NCBI GenBank assembly: GCA_028534125.1
Contig: CM052821.1
Span: 46,562,001 to 46,626,000, forward strand
Reading direction: 5' to 3'
DNA: 64,000 nucleotides
DNA from: Lama glama
Lineage: Eukaryota
Part shown: in pieces, positions 35,841 to 48,990 of the stretch
Layout of the letters: every line of letters begins with the position of its first letter
Numbering within the stretch: position 1 is the first letter of the stretch
Translations under genes and position numbers: made by a program
Notes under the pieces: generated by a model
Told to the model about the DNA's origin: nothing
What the model saw: only the letters and a program-made list of their open reading frames with translations
Databases searched by the model: none

Positions 35841-37309
35841 AAGGAGAGGGAAAGAAAAGAAGAAAGAGAGGTGGAAGGAGGAGGGGTGAGAAAGGGAGGG
35901 GAGGGAGTCAACTCAAGGCGGCTGCGCTCGACTGGAACCGACTTGAGAGCAAGCAGGCAGGGAGGCAGATGGCCCTAGAGAAGAGTCTTGGACAACGGAG
36001 ATTCTCGGAAGTATCTGCCGCCAGCCTGGAGAAGCCTGCCTTGCCCCCCGCGTGGATGCATCTTGCTCCTCCCACTTCTTGAGGGCAGCAGCTCTGTGTC
36101 CTACCCTCCCGTGCCCTGTGGACCTGAACAGATGGTACACAGCAAATACTTACCGGATCACGAAAACAAAGAAGGTTTGCCCGTGCTTTTTTGTTTACTT
36201 TTAAACAGATGAGACACCCAAGGACCAGCAAACCCAGGAACCTGTTGAAGGCTCACAGAACCCAGTGGATGAGAACCCAGGTCATCCCAACCTCCAGGGC
36301 TTTGTCTTCCGTCTCCCTGGGATGGCTAAATGACTGATTAGACCCTCAACCATTCCCCAGGAGAACATCCTCTCCACAACCGGATCCCAGCTACGGCTGC
36401 AGGTTACACCTCATTCCCATCTCCCATTGCCATCCTAAGAACTGGCGCCATAAATATTTGGGCATGTGGTACATGCTAATACCACGGTACGTGCTGATAG
36501 ACTGATTTATCCCCACGCTCAAAAGCAACTTCAAAGACCACCAGCTTGAAGAGAACTGGACTCATTGATTTCACCAGCAGCTCGATCCCAGATGTCAAGC
36601 AACTTCAAGGTTCACACGGGCCCCCGTGGTCTTTGTAATCCAAAGGTATTGATCACAACAGCCAATTTCTGTCAGCCTCACCATCACATCACATTTTATC
36701 TCCTCTCAGTGGTTTGTGAGCTGAAAGCTCACTATCGGTTTAATGTTCTATAATGTGCATGGCAGAGCTGAGAAAACCGGGTACTCCACATACGCACATG
36801 CTGTGGATGATTTTTTTTTTTTGAAGTTCAGGCTTTCTGGCCACAAGCTCTGTATCCCCTTGCTGTTCTCCAACACATCTCAGGTCTCCCACCCAACCCA
36901 GCTCCCTTTCCAATTACATCGCCATCCAGGGCTATTCTAATGGGCCACTGCTTTACCAAGTCATTCATTTCCCTGCTAACAACCTTTACCATCATGCCTC
37001 CTTAGTGCCAGTTCTCAGCCCCAGACATCCTCCAGAAGTTGACTCAACTGCCTTAACTTCAAATATCCCTCCTTTACTCATTATTTGCTTAATTACTTTA
37101 TTAAATACTTAATCCCAGTAAATCCACTCCATTTAACCCACACAGCCCTCCTCACCAGCCTTTCTACATTTCTCATGGGGAGGGTGGGGTGGGGGGAATG
37201 GATATGAATGTGAATCTTGCCTTCCCTGTGAATGATCTATGTGACTTTCAGGAAGGTTTTTAGCGTCTCAGAAATTCCATTTCTTCACCTACACATGGGG
37301 CCCTTTGTG

Positions 37310-37655
37310 GGGAGTGACAACTGTCCACCAAATCCTGGGCAGGTGGAGACAGTCCCCAGCCTCCACGCAGCGAGGTGTGACCAGAGGACAAAGTCCTAAT
37401 CAGCAGTGATGTGGGACCCTCCTCAATGCTCACATTCATGCCCTCTGCTGTCTGGACACCAGAGTCCAGAGCTTAGAAATCACATGCAGACGATGACAGA
37501 GTTTCCTGCAGCCTGAGTCACTGTGTGTGGAGCACAGACACCGCTCCCCGCCACAGCCAATATTCTCCCCAAAATACTCATTCCGAGAGTGAGAAATAAA
37601 CATCTTGACTCATTCTACATTCTTGGGTCTACTCAGTCTGCTCTAACCTAATGCA
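37310..37655 (+). mobile_element. Ancient ERVL-class LTR (LTR16/LTR33-like)
   Basis: cctgagtcactgtgtgtggagcacagac...gagagtgagaaataaacatc...ctaacctaatgca. Confidence 0.55.
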
Positions 37656-37889
37656 CCATTCTTCTACCCTAAAAGGATGGTTGTGACAATTAAACAATGA
37701 CAACTTGCCAAACACAATGCAGAGGACTGGGCACAGAGCCTGACAATACAACGATATTTGAGCATATTTTTCCTTCCTCCCTTTACTTTCTCCTGTAGCA
37801 CTTTGTTCCAGTTCTTTAAAATGAGAATAGAGGTCACCAGATATTAACTTCCCCACTATAGTAAGCTGTCGTTTATCCATATGCATCAC

Positions 37890-38080
37890 TAGTTATTAAT
37901 TAATTATTAATAATTATTAACAGCCAGTGTTTACATATCAAATTTTAAGTGCTTTATGTGCATGCTTTCATTTCACGCTTACAGTTAGTATAGGAATCTA
38001 AGCCTCGGAGGGTTAAGAATCTGCCCAAAGTCAAAAAGCTAACATAGAACCAGGGCTTGTCTCCATCCTATTCGAAACAG
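37890..38080 (-). mobile_element. MIR SINE
   Basis: ttaagtgctttatgtgcat...agcctcggagggttaagaatctgcccaaagtca. Confidence 0.65.
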
Positions 38081-38089
38081 GATGAACTT

Positions 38090-38530
38090 TTCTGTCAAAC
38101 CTGGTCTTCCTCCTGGTCCACCACCACCCCCTGCATTGCCCAAGCCAGGAATGTGCAGGGCCTCCCAGACTCTTCCCTCTCCTTCTTTTCCCCATGCTTA
38201 ACACCCCTAGTGCCACACACTTCTTCACCATGCCCCTGCTGCTGTCTGAACTCAGCCCCTTCTCATTCATACTCATTTAAGGTCTTAACTGGCCTTGTTC
38301 CCTCCATACTCGCCCCTTCCGGTCCTTTTCCAGGCTGCTGCTCAAGATACCTGCTGTCTAAAAGCCACACCCCTGCTGAAAGCCTTCACGGGACGCACCC
38401 TGCTCTGTGCCAAGGTCCCTGGTAGCTGACATCCCGCGCTGACGTGATGGATTTACTTGTCAATTTCACTGCTCTGGACTGTAGGCTCCATGAAGGCAGG
38501 AGCCCTTCTCAGTCATCACTGTGTCTCTGC
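38090..38530 (+). mobile_element. L2 fragment
   Basis: ctctggactgtaggctccatgaaggcaggagc. Confidence 0.6.
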
Positions 38531-38649
38531 CAGGCTCTCACAGAGTCAGTGGGAACACAACAGTGAAGAGAACAAAGGTGTCTGCCCTCCTGAGAGCCTT
38601 CTCTGGTTTAGGGAACTCTAACTGCTTCGCGTTGCCTGGCAGGCGTGGC

Positions 38650-38880
38650 AAGAGCACAAGCTGGAACTAATGGAGAATCTTAGCTTCATATACAAATATT
38701 GCCCCTTAACTATGTAGGCACGTACAAAGTCAGCGGTCTTCCATGAGTTTCAATCTCTCCATCGTAAAGCAGAAAAAAACGGCAGCTACTGAGGGTTCCA
38801 GTAGGCTTAAAAGAGGTGACGTATCCAGAGTAGGCCTGGAACAGTGCCTCGCGCATAGTAGGTACACACGAGTTTAACCC
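38650..38880 (+). mobile_element. MIR SINE
   Basis: gcctggaacagtgcctcgcgcatagtaggtac. Confidence 0.6.
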
Positions 38881-39881
38881 CCCATCTCAAAACTGTAAAC
38901 TCCCCGAGTATTGGGGCCATGCCTGACACCTCCCTTTCTTTCCCCACCATGCCTTAAGGGTAAAAACCATGTCAGATAAATGTTTATTTGACGAATGAGG
39001 TAGTGAAGCTCTCCAGGAAAGCCAGCCAAAGATATTTAAGAAGTTCTTTCCAACTACCTGCATAAAAGGATACCTTAGAGCATGCTGAGAAAGAGCACAG
39101 AGCAGAGATAACAGACAAGACCACTCCAAAGTGACACCATGTACCCTCTCTGACCCCAACCAATGATCTTCTGTTTGCTGAAGCCCATATTTCTCCAGGC
39201 AGACAGATGTGCGTGTGTACACGTCTGTGCTTATATCAAAGTAGCTCAGTTTTCAGTACATTACTGGAAATGCTCAACAACTGGGAGCATGATGAACAAG
39301 AAAAAACAAGAACAAGGGAGGGAGACTGAAGGCTGCGCAAATGACGAAGCACTTACAAACGGCACAGGAAGGAACCGGAAAACTGTAAACAGCGATGCAC
39401 CAATTCCCCAGGTACCATTTAAGTGACTTTTTTAGGTAACAAAAGTCTTACTGCTTTTAATGCTAAACCACTTCATTTTAACTAAACGAAAAGACACTTC
39501 TCTGATTTTATAATCAATATTATAAATATATTCTAAATTTTTCTTAATGATCTCAGTTAATCATGTATCCCCGACCTTGGCACGGGGCCTGGCTAAGGAT
39601 CAGTGTTGCACTAAATTTTACTTAAGCTGCAGCAGCATTAGGTGTGCCCTTGGGAGCTACAAAGGGGTCCAGGCAATCAGCCCAGTGCAGTAGATATACT
39701 TGACCTTAGAGCTGGTGGACACAGCTTTCCTATACTTCTCCTATGGGTCAGACTGTCACTTGTCATTCATGGTGCTTGCTGGCTTTTCAAGCTCCTCTTT
39801 CAAGGGCACTGTTTTGTTACATACTCTAGCTGAGGAATTGAAACACAAAGCTGGTCGGAAGAGTGCGGAGGTCCTTCAGGC

Positions 39882-40248
39882 TGTCAGGAATCCTCTGCTT
39901 CCTCTTCTCCCTGTCACAGGTAGACCTGACCTTCTTCCCCAGCTCCTGGATGTGAACAGTGCCTGTGGGACTAGCTCTGGCCAAGGAATTATGAGTAGAA
40001 GCCGCGAAGAGCCAGAACACGGTGCCCCAGGCTCCAACTCCCTCTGACCACTGTGATCTGTGACATTCCAGGGAGTGGGACGTGCCTGAGTCTCAGAGCG
40101 TAATGTGGGACAGGACCCTCCTCCACATACACACATACCACATGCAGATGAATGTGTTACATGAGTAAGAAATAAATCTTTGTTATTTAAACCACAGAGA
40201 TCTGCAGGTTGTTCACATAAATAGCATAACCTAATCCATGATAAATAT
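39882..40248 (+). mobile_element. MLT1J-like MaLR LTR
   Basis: gactagctctggccaaggaattatgagtagaag...acatgagtaagaaataaatctttgttatttaaaccacagagat...gcataacctaatcc. Confidence 0.75.
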
Positions 40249-40361
40249 AAATGGTTTATTAAAAAAGAAAAGCAAGTTCATGAGTCATCTGCCAAGAGCC
40301 CTTCCAATGAGAACATTGCATAATACTCAGACCATGACACACACCTTGGCTGCCCAAAGGC

Positions 40362-40395
40362 TGTGTGTGTGTGTGTGTGTGTGTGCGTGCGTGTG
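40362..40395. repeat. (TG)n microsatellite
   Basis: Direct reading. Confidence 0.95.
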
Positions 40396-40674
40396 AATAC
40401 GTCCACAGAACCAGAGCGCACCTGCCACTGCTGCTTCCTTGCAATGGGGTCTGAAAGGAGCTGTAAGCTACACAAGAACAGAGACCATGTCTCTTCTTCC
40501 TGTCTTCCCAGAACCTAATACACTGCCTGGTACAGAGCCAAAGTCAATATGATTCATCTAAGTTAACCATCTTGCTAGAGATCGGGAAAAAAAACACTAC
40601 AGTAACTTCCCCAAGTTTACATGGAACTTGTAACTAGAGAAAGAACTAGGTCCAGCCATCGGTCTAAAACAGAG

Positions 40675-40860
40675 CTCCGCCCACCCCAACAGTTAGGTCC
40701 AATGACACGGCGTGTCCCCGTCCTTGCCCTCCACATCTTAGGACACAGCCAATGACTCATGCCCAGAGCCAGTGTGACTGTGGTCAGATGCAGCTGCACG
40801 CGGCCAAGAGCACCCTCTGCCCGTGATGCCTTCCCCTTAGACGGTGAGGAATTTTCCAGC
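40675..40860. promoter_or_regulatory. Candidate enhancer (AP-1, RUNX, E-boxes, GC box, CCAAT)
   Basis: ATGACTCAT at 40752-40760; TGTGGT at 40779-40784; CAGATG-CAGCTG at 40785-40796; CCGCCC at 40677; CCAAT at 40699 and 40749. Confidence 0.3.
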
Positions 40861-41129
40861 CAGGCCCGTTGGTGGATAGAATTCTTCCCGCTGCCCTCTG
40901 GGGTCAAGATGTCCTTGTTCAAACGGAGTCATTGGTACTTCACGCTGCCTGTCCTGTTGAAAGGGCAGATCTTGGTACAAGACTTAACAGTCACCGCAGG
41001 GCACCCCCATGGCCTGGTGACAATGCATTCCTCATCTGCATTATCCAACAGTGAACAAAACCAACAGCCATTTACCCCGTGTTCACTAATTTCATGCCAT
41101 TCCATTGTATACGGGGCAGGAACTTCACT

Positions 41130-41250
41130 TCAATAATTACTACTTAAATTACTCGTCCCTAGAACAGTCCTATAAGGTGGATATCATTACCCTCATTTCA
41201 CAGATTAGAAAAGGATAGAACCACAGGTTCACGTCACATGCCCACATCAG
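41130..41250 (-). mobile_element. MIR SINE
   Basis: cctataaggtggatatcattaccctcatttcacagattagaaaa. Confidence 0.65.
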
Positions 41251-42402
41251 ACACCCAGGCCCCTGGATTTTGCTAACATCCTATCGATGGATATTTCTCT
41301 GTTCCGTGTATTTCTCTGAGTCTGTGATTTATCTGTTCATCTACGTCTTCCTTCCACCTTATAAACATGTATGGAGGGCCTGAGGCATTATTATCCCCAT
41401 GTTACACATGAGCTTTAAATTTAACTGTGAAGGATGGTTCCAGAATCTAAAGGTTTGACCAATTACAAAGTCTAAACACTTTTTACTAATAATAGCCCTG
41501 ACCTCATAAGATTGTCACAAGAATTAAACGACTTTCGGAAAAATGTTCATAGCGGTGTCTGCCCCATAGGAGGGCCTCAATAAATGTCAGCGGTTCATAA
41601 ACTGAAATATAAGGACAGCTAGCACATCAGAGCACAGCCTGGAGGCAGGGGAGACAGGCGGACAGCAAGGACCAGGCTCACGTCCAGTCCTACCAGAGCT
41701 CGCCCCAGAGGTAACACTTTGGACCTCTTCTTTCTTACAAACAAGATGAGGAAAATGAATCAGGTCACTTCCAGGAACCAGTCTGAAAATACTCTGACTT
41801 GTGATGCTAGGAGTTGACCAATAAATGAGCAACTTCATGTCTAAGCATTGCAGACCGTTCTCCAAGTTCCCCCTGCAGAGAACGCTGGCCTTTACTCCAG
41901 AAAACCATGGAGGGGCCCCCACTTTGAAGGAGAAACTTCATAAAGGAACGTCCCAGAGGCCAGTCTACTCCAAAGAGGGACATTTATCAAGTCTCCAGAT
42001 AGGAGATGGTGACAGCTTCAGCGAGATAAAGCCCACTTGGTTTTTCCCACTGCCCATCAATCCCACCTCCAAGAAGCACTGAATGCTGCAAATCTCCTCG
42101 GCTGCAATTAGTGAGAACAAAACAGCAAGTGTGGACGTGGGGGTGCACTATGATGGGGAGGAAGCGGCTGGGATCGCGAAACAAAAATGGTCACTCGTGA
42201 CTGAGAAAGCAGAGCAGGGAGGTTAGGACACGGTCAGAACAGAGCTGGGATGGCTCAGGGCTGAGGACATAAACCCCGCCCACCCCACACCTACGATCCT
42301 TGATGCCAAGGACAGACACACCTGCCAACCAGGACACATTTCAAACAGACGCAGCCATTTCTCTTCTTTTTTTACAGCATCTTTTAAATTTTTTTTTAAT
42401 TG

Positions 42403-42806
42403 TGATAAAATCCCCTATGACTGCTGCAACACAAACCTGGTGGCTTAAAAGAACAGAAACCTATTCTCTCAGAGCTTTGGAGGCCAGAAGTCCAAAATCC
42501 AGGTGTCAAGGGCTGTGCTCCCTCCAGGGGCTCCAGAGGAGAGTCTTTCCTTGCCTCTCCCAGCTCTGGCGGCACGCCTCCGATCTCTGCCTCCTCCTCT
42601 CCTGTGCGTAGAGAATCTCCCTCTGCCTCCCTCTGACAAGGACACACGCGACTGCATTTAGCAAACCCCCTGCCCCACCCATGCTCCCCGCCGTCACCAG
42701 GATTATCGCCAGTGGTCTTTTCCCCTATTTTCAAATAAGGTTAACGTTTACGGGTTCCAGGAATCAGGATCTGATATCTTTGGGGGATATTTCTCAGCCT
42801 ATTACA
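42403..42806 (-). mobile_element. MLT1C-like MaLR solo LTR
   Basis: ggtggcttaaaagaacagaaa...tggaggccagaagtccaaaatccaggtgtc...ccttgcctctcccagctctgg...ggttccaggaatcagga...cagcctattaca. Confidence 0.88.
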
Positions 42807-43407
42807 GTTCTCTTCCTACCTCATTTTAAGAAAATCAAGAAACATGTAACCTTTCCAAAGAAACAAGTAAGAGTCACACAACTAAAACATCCAAGCTGGA
42901 ATCAGCCTTGACAATCAGCTAATTCCTTTTCCCTCCAAGTGGAAAGAGGAAGCCGGGAGTGAAAGTGATTGGCTGGGATTGTCCAGAAGACCCAGCCTAG
43001 CACACGAGAGCTCCAGTAATCCGTGGCTTCTCCCAGGACACTTAAAAGAGTTCACTGAAAAGAATATTCTGTTACCCTCTTTCCCTCCCCATCTCAGAAA
43101 AAATCCACAGTGTTTAAGACATGGGACCCACTGATGGCATAAAAGGAGGCGCATCTCTCCCAAGGGATATCATTTACCAAAAAAGCAACCTCTGAGTCAG
43201 CCCAGGAGCCTGGAGATGAAAAGTTCACAGCTGGACAGCGTGAACTCAGACCTGTCGCACGGTGGCTGCTGCAGAGGCCACGGGAGGTGTGTGAGGAGGG
43301 GAGGGGTGAGATCAGGGCTGCTCTCTAAGAAGGTAAGCTGGCATCGCGTGCACCGCCGGCTGGAGCAGAGACGAGCCGTGGACACTGTGAAGGAAGCCGT
43401 TATCTCC

Positions 43408-43595
43408 CCCAGTTCTCAAACGTCACGGAGCCTCTGGCCCACCTCGACAGCTGTTGTTAAAACTGAGATTTCTGGGTCCCAGTCCCAGAGTTTCAGATTC
43501 TGGTGATCTGGGGTGGCGCCCACAAACGTGCATTTCTAACAAGTTCGCAGGTGCATGTGAAGCTGCGGGTGTTATGGCAACACATGGAGAGCCCT
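43408..43595. mobile_element. MER5A hAT-Charlie MITE
   Basis: gttctcaaac...ttgttaaaactgagatttctgggtccc...cagagtttcagattc...tgcatttctaacaagttc. Confidence 0.82.
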
Positions 43596-44399
43596 GTTCT
43601 CGGGAGAAGCGAGGGCATAGGGTAGGAAGGGAGGAGAGAAGAGGTAGAAATGGACTCAAGGGGGTGAATATTGGAGCCAGTCCTGCGAGAATCCCTAGAA
43701 TCCTGGTGGATGAGGAGACATGGAGTGGCAGAGAGGGACAAAGGTGGTACTCACCAAAAGAAGGAGAGTCAGAGAAAGCCGTCCGGAGGAGGGAAGATGA
43801 AAAATTCTGTATCTGATACACAGAGTGGAACGCTGCTGGCGGGACAGGTGAGAAAACACATCCACACACCAAGGGGGCAGGTTCATAAATGAGAAAAAGC
43901 CACAGAACCTGGAGGCGACCTGCCTTTGAAGGGCAGGAGGGGACAGGACGGGAGTGCTCCAGGGGCAGGCGGGCTGGCCCCCGGGACAGCTCTCTTCCAG
44001 AAGTGCAGAGAGGGAGCCTCCACCGACGGAGGCGTCAGAGCGATGAGATCTGCTGGCGAGCTCGGGAAGGGTGGGGAGGGCAGAGAGCTGTTCAGATGTG
44101 ACAACCAGGTCCACGGCGGCACCTACAGCAGCTTGTGGGAAAGAAGCCAGGTTTCGGTGGCCAAGCTGAGAAAGCGAAAGCCTTTTCCACGAGCTCTTCT
44201 TTGAAGCCCGGGGATGAAGGCAGACAGAGAAGGGAGTTGGGATGAGAAAGAAAGGGTTTTATACCTTTACAACAAGGGGCCACTCTCTGTAGAGGAAAAA
44301 GCTGTCTAAAGAGAGATGCAACAGGCAAGCAAGAGAATGACAAGGAGGGCCTGAGGGCCAGGAATCGGTACAGCGAGTTCATGGTAACTCTGGGGGTGC

Positions 44400-45020
44400 C
44401 CTTAATGCCAGCATGCAGTATCCCAGGGGTGCCCCAAAAGGAGTACACTTGCTTTTCAATCCCCAGTGTCTAAAGTAGCACCTGACATCAATAGCGTCCT
44501 TTATAAAGAATCCCTGAATGAATGAATGAATGAATGAGGAAATGTAATACTGCTAGAATGAGAGAAAGAAAAGAATTCCCTGCGCATGAAACCAATGTGT
44601 GACCCTCCCCTCCCCACGCCCAGCCACCAGAGCCTCCTTGCTAATCACACTGCTCAGAGCCCTGTCCCTGCCCTCTTTCTAGAATGCTTTTCTCCACTTA
44701 ACTAGGTAAGTTGCTTCCTCATTTCATTCAGTGCTGTGATCACATGCTACCTTCTCCAAGAAGCTGTTAATTATCTCTTTTTCTAAAGCAACATCCCATC
44801 CGTCACTCATGGCCCGGTCACTGTCTGACCCCTCTGACCTGCTACATTTTCCCTTCTCAGCCCTTCTGCACTTGACCTGTTTCAGACTTGTTTCTTTGTT
44901 CAATAGAATATAAGGTCCACTGGCGTGGAGGCTTTGCTCGGCTCGTTCCTGTATCCTCAGTGCCTAACGCAGTTCCTGGCACATAGTAGGTGCTCAGTCA
45001 ATATGTATTCAGTGAATGAA
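44400..45020 (+). mobile_element. L2 3' ends (two copies)
   Basis: atccccagtgtctaaagtagcacctgaca...(tgaa)n; and tagaatataagg...cctggcacatagtaggtgctcagtcaatatg. Confidence 0.8.
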
Positions 45021-45899
45021 TCCACTACCTTACCTCTCTGGAATTCTCCCTCTCCCAGCCTTGACAGTCCCTTCAAGGGTTCCTGGAGGAATGTACTTGA
45101 ACAGTGGAAGTCGAGGGGAGTGCTGAGAAACAAACCCCCACCCCCACCCCGCACCTGCGCTGCCATCAGATGAAAACTGATGACTGGCAGAAAAATCCAG
45201 CCACCATCTGGTTGTTCAAGGACCCCTCCCGGGTGCTGACAGCATTGTCATTCAAGATAATGAAGATGAAAACCAACAGTGATCCACGGGGACAGGTTCC
45301 CAGGAGGCAGCCTGGCTGGACTTAACTCCTTCCGAGCCAGGAGCCCCAGAGCTTCCGGGCATCCCGGGAAGAAACCACCCTCCACTGAGGGTGAAAACAG
45401 GAAACCAGGGAGGACCCCCCCCCCACCGTGGGAGATTACAGATGACTTGTTTCAGAAAGGGAGGAGATGGAGAAACTCCGAGCAAAAGCACTTAGCCAAG
45501 ATAGCGGCCGTGGGAGGTGAAGAATGATGCTGCCATGACAGGTAACATACTCTTTGCCCATCAGTCAACAGGGTCCTTCTGGCTGGGGGCGACCTGTGCT
45601 TCCAGCTCATTTATTAAAGTGGTGGTGTACGCTCCCAGCCTCAATGCCTGAGACCCACGGCCGCTCTGTCTTCAAGGGACCTTCCATCTCTGAAATTTAC
45701 AGAAAGAGGTTGTCCAGCATAATCAACTGTCTTGAGCGAGCAGATCACATTCAATGAGCACAGAAAACTTCAGGGAGCTCGGGGGAGGAGAGGAAACCAA
45801 GGCCGGGAGGATGCCAAGGCAGAGGGAGCAGGTGGCTGTGGTTCGTCCCTCTTCTCAACTCACAGGTGAGGAAACTCAGGGACACATTTCCTCTGTGAG

Positions 45900-46110
45900 A
45901 GGCAGGAGTGATGCACACTCGTGCCAGGGGACCTGGTTTTGAATTCCACCTCTGCCAGTTATCAGCCGTATAATAAGGGACAACACATTGTACACATCAG
46001 TGCTTCGGTTTCCTCAAAGGTAAGGTGAGGATCGCAACAAGTTACTAACATCCAGGCTGTCAGAGAATTACATGAGTCTGTGTATGTCAAGTGGTGGTTC
46101 ATGCAAGCAT
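45900..46110 (+). mobile_element. MIR SINE
   Basis: gacctggttttgaattccacctctgccagtta...gtgcttcggtttcctc. Confidence 0.65.
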
Positions 46111-46124
46111 TCTAGAGGCTGGAG

Positions 46125-46255
46125 ATGATGTGATGAGATGATGCTGATGATAACGGTGATGATGGTGATGGTGATTATAAGTATGGTAATGATGGTGATA
46201 AGGATGGTGATGGGGGGAGGCAGTGCTGATGGAAACGGCATTAGTGGCGGTGGTG
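46125..46255. repeat. (GAT/GGT)n degenerate trinucleotide repeat
   Basis: gatgatgctgatgataacggtgatgatggtgatggtgat; source of the His/Ile-rich spurious ORFs. Confidence 0.85.
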
Positions 46256-46338
46256 ACACTGCTCACATGTGGACAGAGATGCTGGGGGTACACAGAGCAA
46301 AGGAGTGACAAAAAATTTCATTAAAAGAAGAGTCAGGT

Positions 46339-46472
46339 GAATATATATATATGTATATGCATGACTGGGACATTGTGCTGTACACCAGAAATTGACACAT
46401 TATGTAATTGATGGTACTTCAATAAAAACAAAACAAAACAAAATACAAACAAAAAAGAATATGGGGGGAAAA
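46339..46472 (+). mobile_element. Very short young L1 3' end
   Basis: atgactgggacattgtgctgtacaccagaaattgacaca...cttcaataaaaacaaaac; probable TSD at 46323-46338 / 46473-46488. Confidence 0.85.
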
Positions 46473-46516
46473 AAGAGAAGAGTGTGGTAAAAAGGTAGTA
46501 TTTTACATCATTCAAA

Positions 46517-46693
46517 NNNNNNNNNNNNNNNNNNNNNNNNNNNNNNNNNNNNNNNNNNNNNNNNNNNNNNNNNNNNNNNNNNNNNNNNNNNNNNNNNNNN
46601 NNNNNNNNNNNNNNNNNNNNNNNNNNNNNNNNNNNNNNNNNNNNNNNNNNNNNNNNNNNNNNNNNNNNNNNNNNNNNNNNNNNNNNNNNNNNN
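46517..46693. other. Assembly gap (177 N)
   Basis: Run of N. Confidence 1.
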
Positions 46694-47280
46694 AACTCTA
46701 ATTCAAAAAGATACATCCACCCCAATGTTCAAAGCAGCATTATATACAATAGCCAAGACATGGAAGTAACTTAAATGTCCATCAACAGATGACTAGNNNN
46801 NNNNNNNNNNNNNNNNNNNNNNNNNNNNNNNNNNNNNNNNNNNNNNNNNNNNNNNNNNNNNNNNNNNNNNNNNNNNNNNNNNNNNNNNNNNNNNNNNNNN
46901 NNNNNNNNNNNNNNNNNNNNNNNNNNNNNNNNNNNNNNNNNNNNNNNNNNNNNNNNNNNNNNNNNNNNNNNNNNNNNNNNGGCACAATTGAACTTAATTA
47001 CAAAACAGAGACAGACTTGCAGACATAGAAAACAAACATATGGTTGCTGGGGGGGAAGGAGGTAGGAAGGGATAAACTGGGAGTTTGAGACTTGCAGATG
47101 CTAACTACTATATATAAAATAAACAACAAGTTTCTCCTGTATAGCACAGGGAACTATGTTCAATATCTTGTAGTAACCTATAACAAAAAAGAACATGAAA
47201 ATGAATATATATGTATGACTGAAACATTAAGCTGTACACCAGAAATTGATACAACATTGTAATCTGACTATACTTTAATT
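46694..47280 (+). mobile_element. Young L1 (ORF2 end plus 3' UTR) containing a 184-N gap (46797-46980)
   Basis: aattcaaaaagatacatccaccccaatgttc...aatagccaagacatggaag; 3' UTR ...ccagaaattgatacaacattgtaatctgactatactt. Confidence 0.9.
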
Positions 47281-48171
47281 ATATATATATGTGTGTGTAT
47301 ATATATGTATGGCAGTATCTGAACTTGCATTTGGGTGCATATGAGCACCGTTTCCCTGCATCTCCTTTCCTGTTCCTCCAGTAACACATCTGAAGATGAG
47401 GGGACAGGTCTGTTGAGCTGAAAAGATGCTAAGAGTCGGGAGAAAGCTGCACTGAAGTGGGGTGTGGGAAGGTCATTAGAAGTTGCCTCCTTTTCCTTGC
47501 TGGGCCAGGACCTCATGCCTGCCTGGAGCCTGGGGGCGCCGCAGGCACACAGGAGCACTCTCGGGGCTGCCAATGGAACCCTGAAACCACCTGTTGGAGG
47601 ATAAGGGAGCCGCGGCCTCAGACTTGCTCCTAGGGGCTTTCCCCCCTCCTCCAGCATCAGCACCTGTGGTCCAGGCCAGAAAGGCTGAGCGTCCAGGACA
47701 CCTCCCCTGGAGTCAGTACAGCCCTGTAGGTGAGAGGAGCACAGAGCTGGGAGCAGACTCCCTGGGCGCACATCTAGACTCCAGCACATGCTCTGTGATT
47801 CTGGGGGAGTTTTCTGAAACTCTCCATGGGGGCCCACTTGGAACTGTGTCTGAGGTGTGGCCTTGCCCGCAGGTGGGTAAACGCAGGCCCCAGTGCTTTG
47901 ATAAGCCCCAGGGCACACATGTACCTTCAACTGGAAAGCACATTCTGGAAAACCCCTCTATGTCCCACTGTGGGGGTGGGGTGACGTCTTCCTCAGAACC
48001 CCAAAAGCACCACGCCTGCCAAAGAGCTTAGAATATGTCAGCCTGCAGAGCAAGTTGACTTTCACGTTGTTAATTACATTATTTCCCCAATGAGATCTGA
48101 AACTCCTCAGTAACGCCTAAACACCCGAATAGCACCTTACCGATTACAAGGTGTGATCAAATCAGGAACCC

Positions 48172-48441
48172 TGCATTACGGGCTGCACTGTGTCTCCCAT
48201 CCTCCTGCCCCTGAAAATTCAGACACTGAAGTCTTAACTCCCAGTGCCGCAGAATGCGACTGCACTTGCAGGAGGGACTTTCAGGAAGTAACGGAGGTCG
48301 AACGGCATCACTGGGGTGGTCCGGTGGGACTGGGTGCTTATCAGGAAGGGTAGTTCCAGAATGGCGAGAAAAAGAATTCCTGTATTTGAAGCCACCTAGT
48401 GCGTGGTACTCTGGGGTTGTGGCCCTAACGACCTAATATAC
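48172..48441 (+). mobile_element. MLT1B-like MaLR LTR, internally deleted
   Basis: gggctgcactgtgtctccc...aaattcagacactgaagtcttaactcccagtgcc...tttgaagccacctagtgcgtggtact...ctaatataca. Confidence 0.8.
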
Positions 48442-48796
48442 CCAACAAGGCATCAGTCTCGATGCCCGGTCATTGTCATTTTACCACGAGAACACGGGGA
48501 TTCTCAGACTTGCCCGAGCCAGGCAGCCACTAAGTGGTGAACTGAGGTTCAAGAGAATGAAGCCTGGCTCTTTCTGCCACTTTCTGATTATTCTGATAGT
48601 TACTCAAAAATATTTACTGAGTATCTTCCATGTGTTAAGACCTTTTGTTTGTTTAGCTTTTTTGTTTTTTATATACTAAGATCTTTATTGGGTGCCAAGA
48701 ATACTATAGTGACAGGAAACCCCTTCTCTCACGGGACTGATGATATAGGAGATAAATGATACTTATAATCAGATAAATATAAAATATCCACCTTTA

Positions 48797-48990
48797 TATA
48801 TATAGAATAAACAAGTTTATACTGTGTAGCACAGGGAAATATATTCAAGATCTTGTAGTAGTTCATGGTGAAAAAAATATGAAAATAAATATATGTATAT
48901 TCACGTATGACTGCAAAATTGTGCTGTACACCAGAAATCGACACAACATTGTAAACTGACTATAACTCAATAAAAAAAATAAAAAACAAA
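48797..48990 (+). mobile_element. Young L1 3' end with TSD
   Basis: gtagcacagggaaatatattcaagatcttgtag...ctgactataactcaataaaaaaa; TSD ataaaatatccaccttta (48779-48796) / ataaaatatttaccttta (48991-49008). Confidence 0.92.

Noticed and set aside
40617-40960. Possible coding exon on the minus strand
   Set aside because: The frame after caacag stops after 38 codons, there is no good donor, and the peptide is not recognised.
47268-47930. 220-aa minus-strand ORF
   Set aside because: GC-rich chance ORF ending in an L1 tail/microsatellite; no domain.
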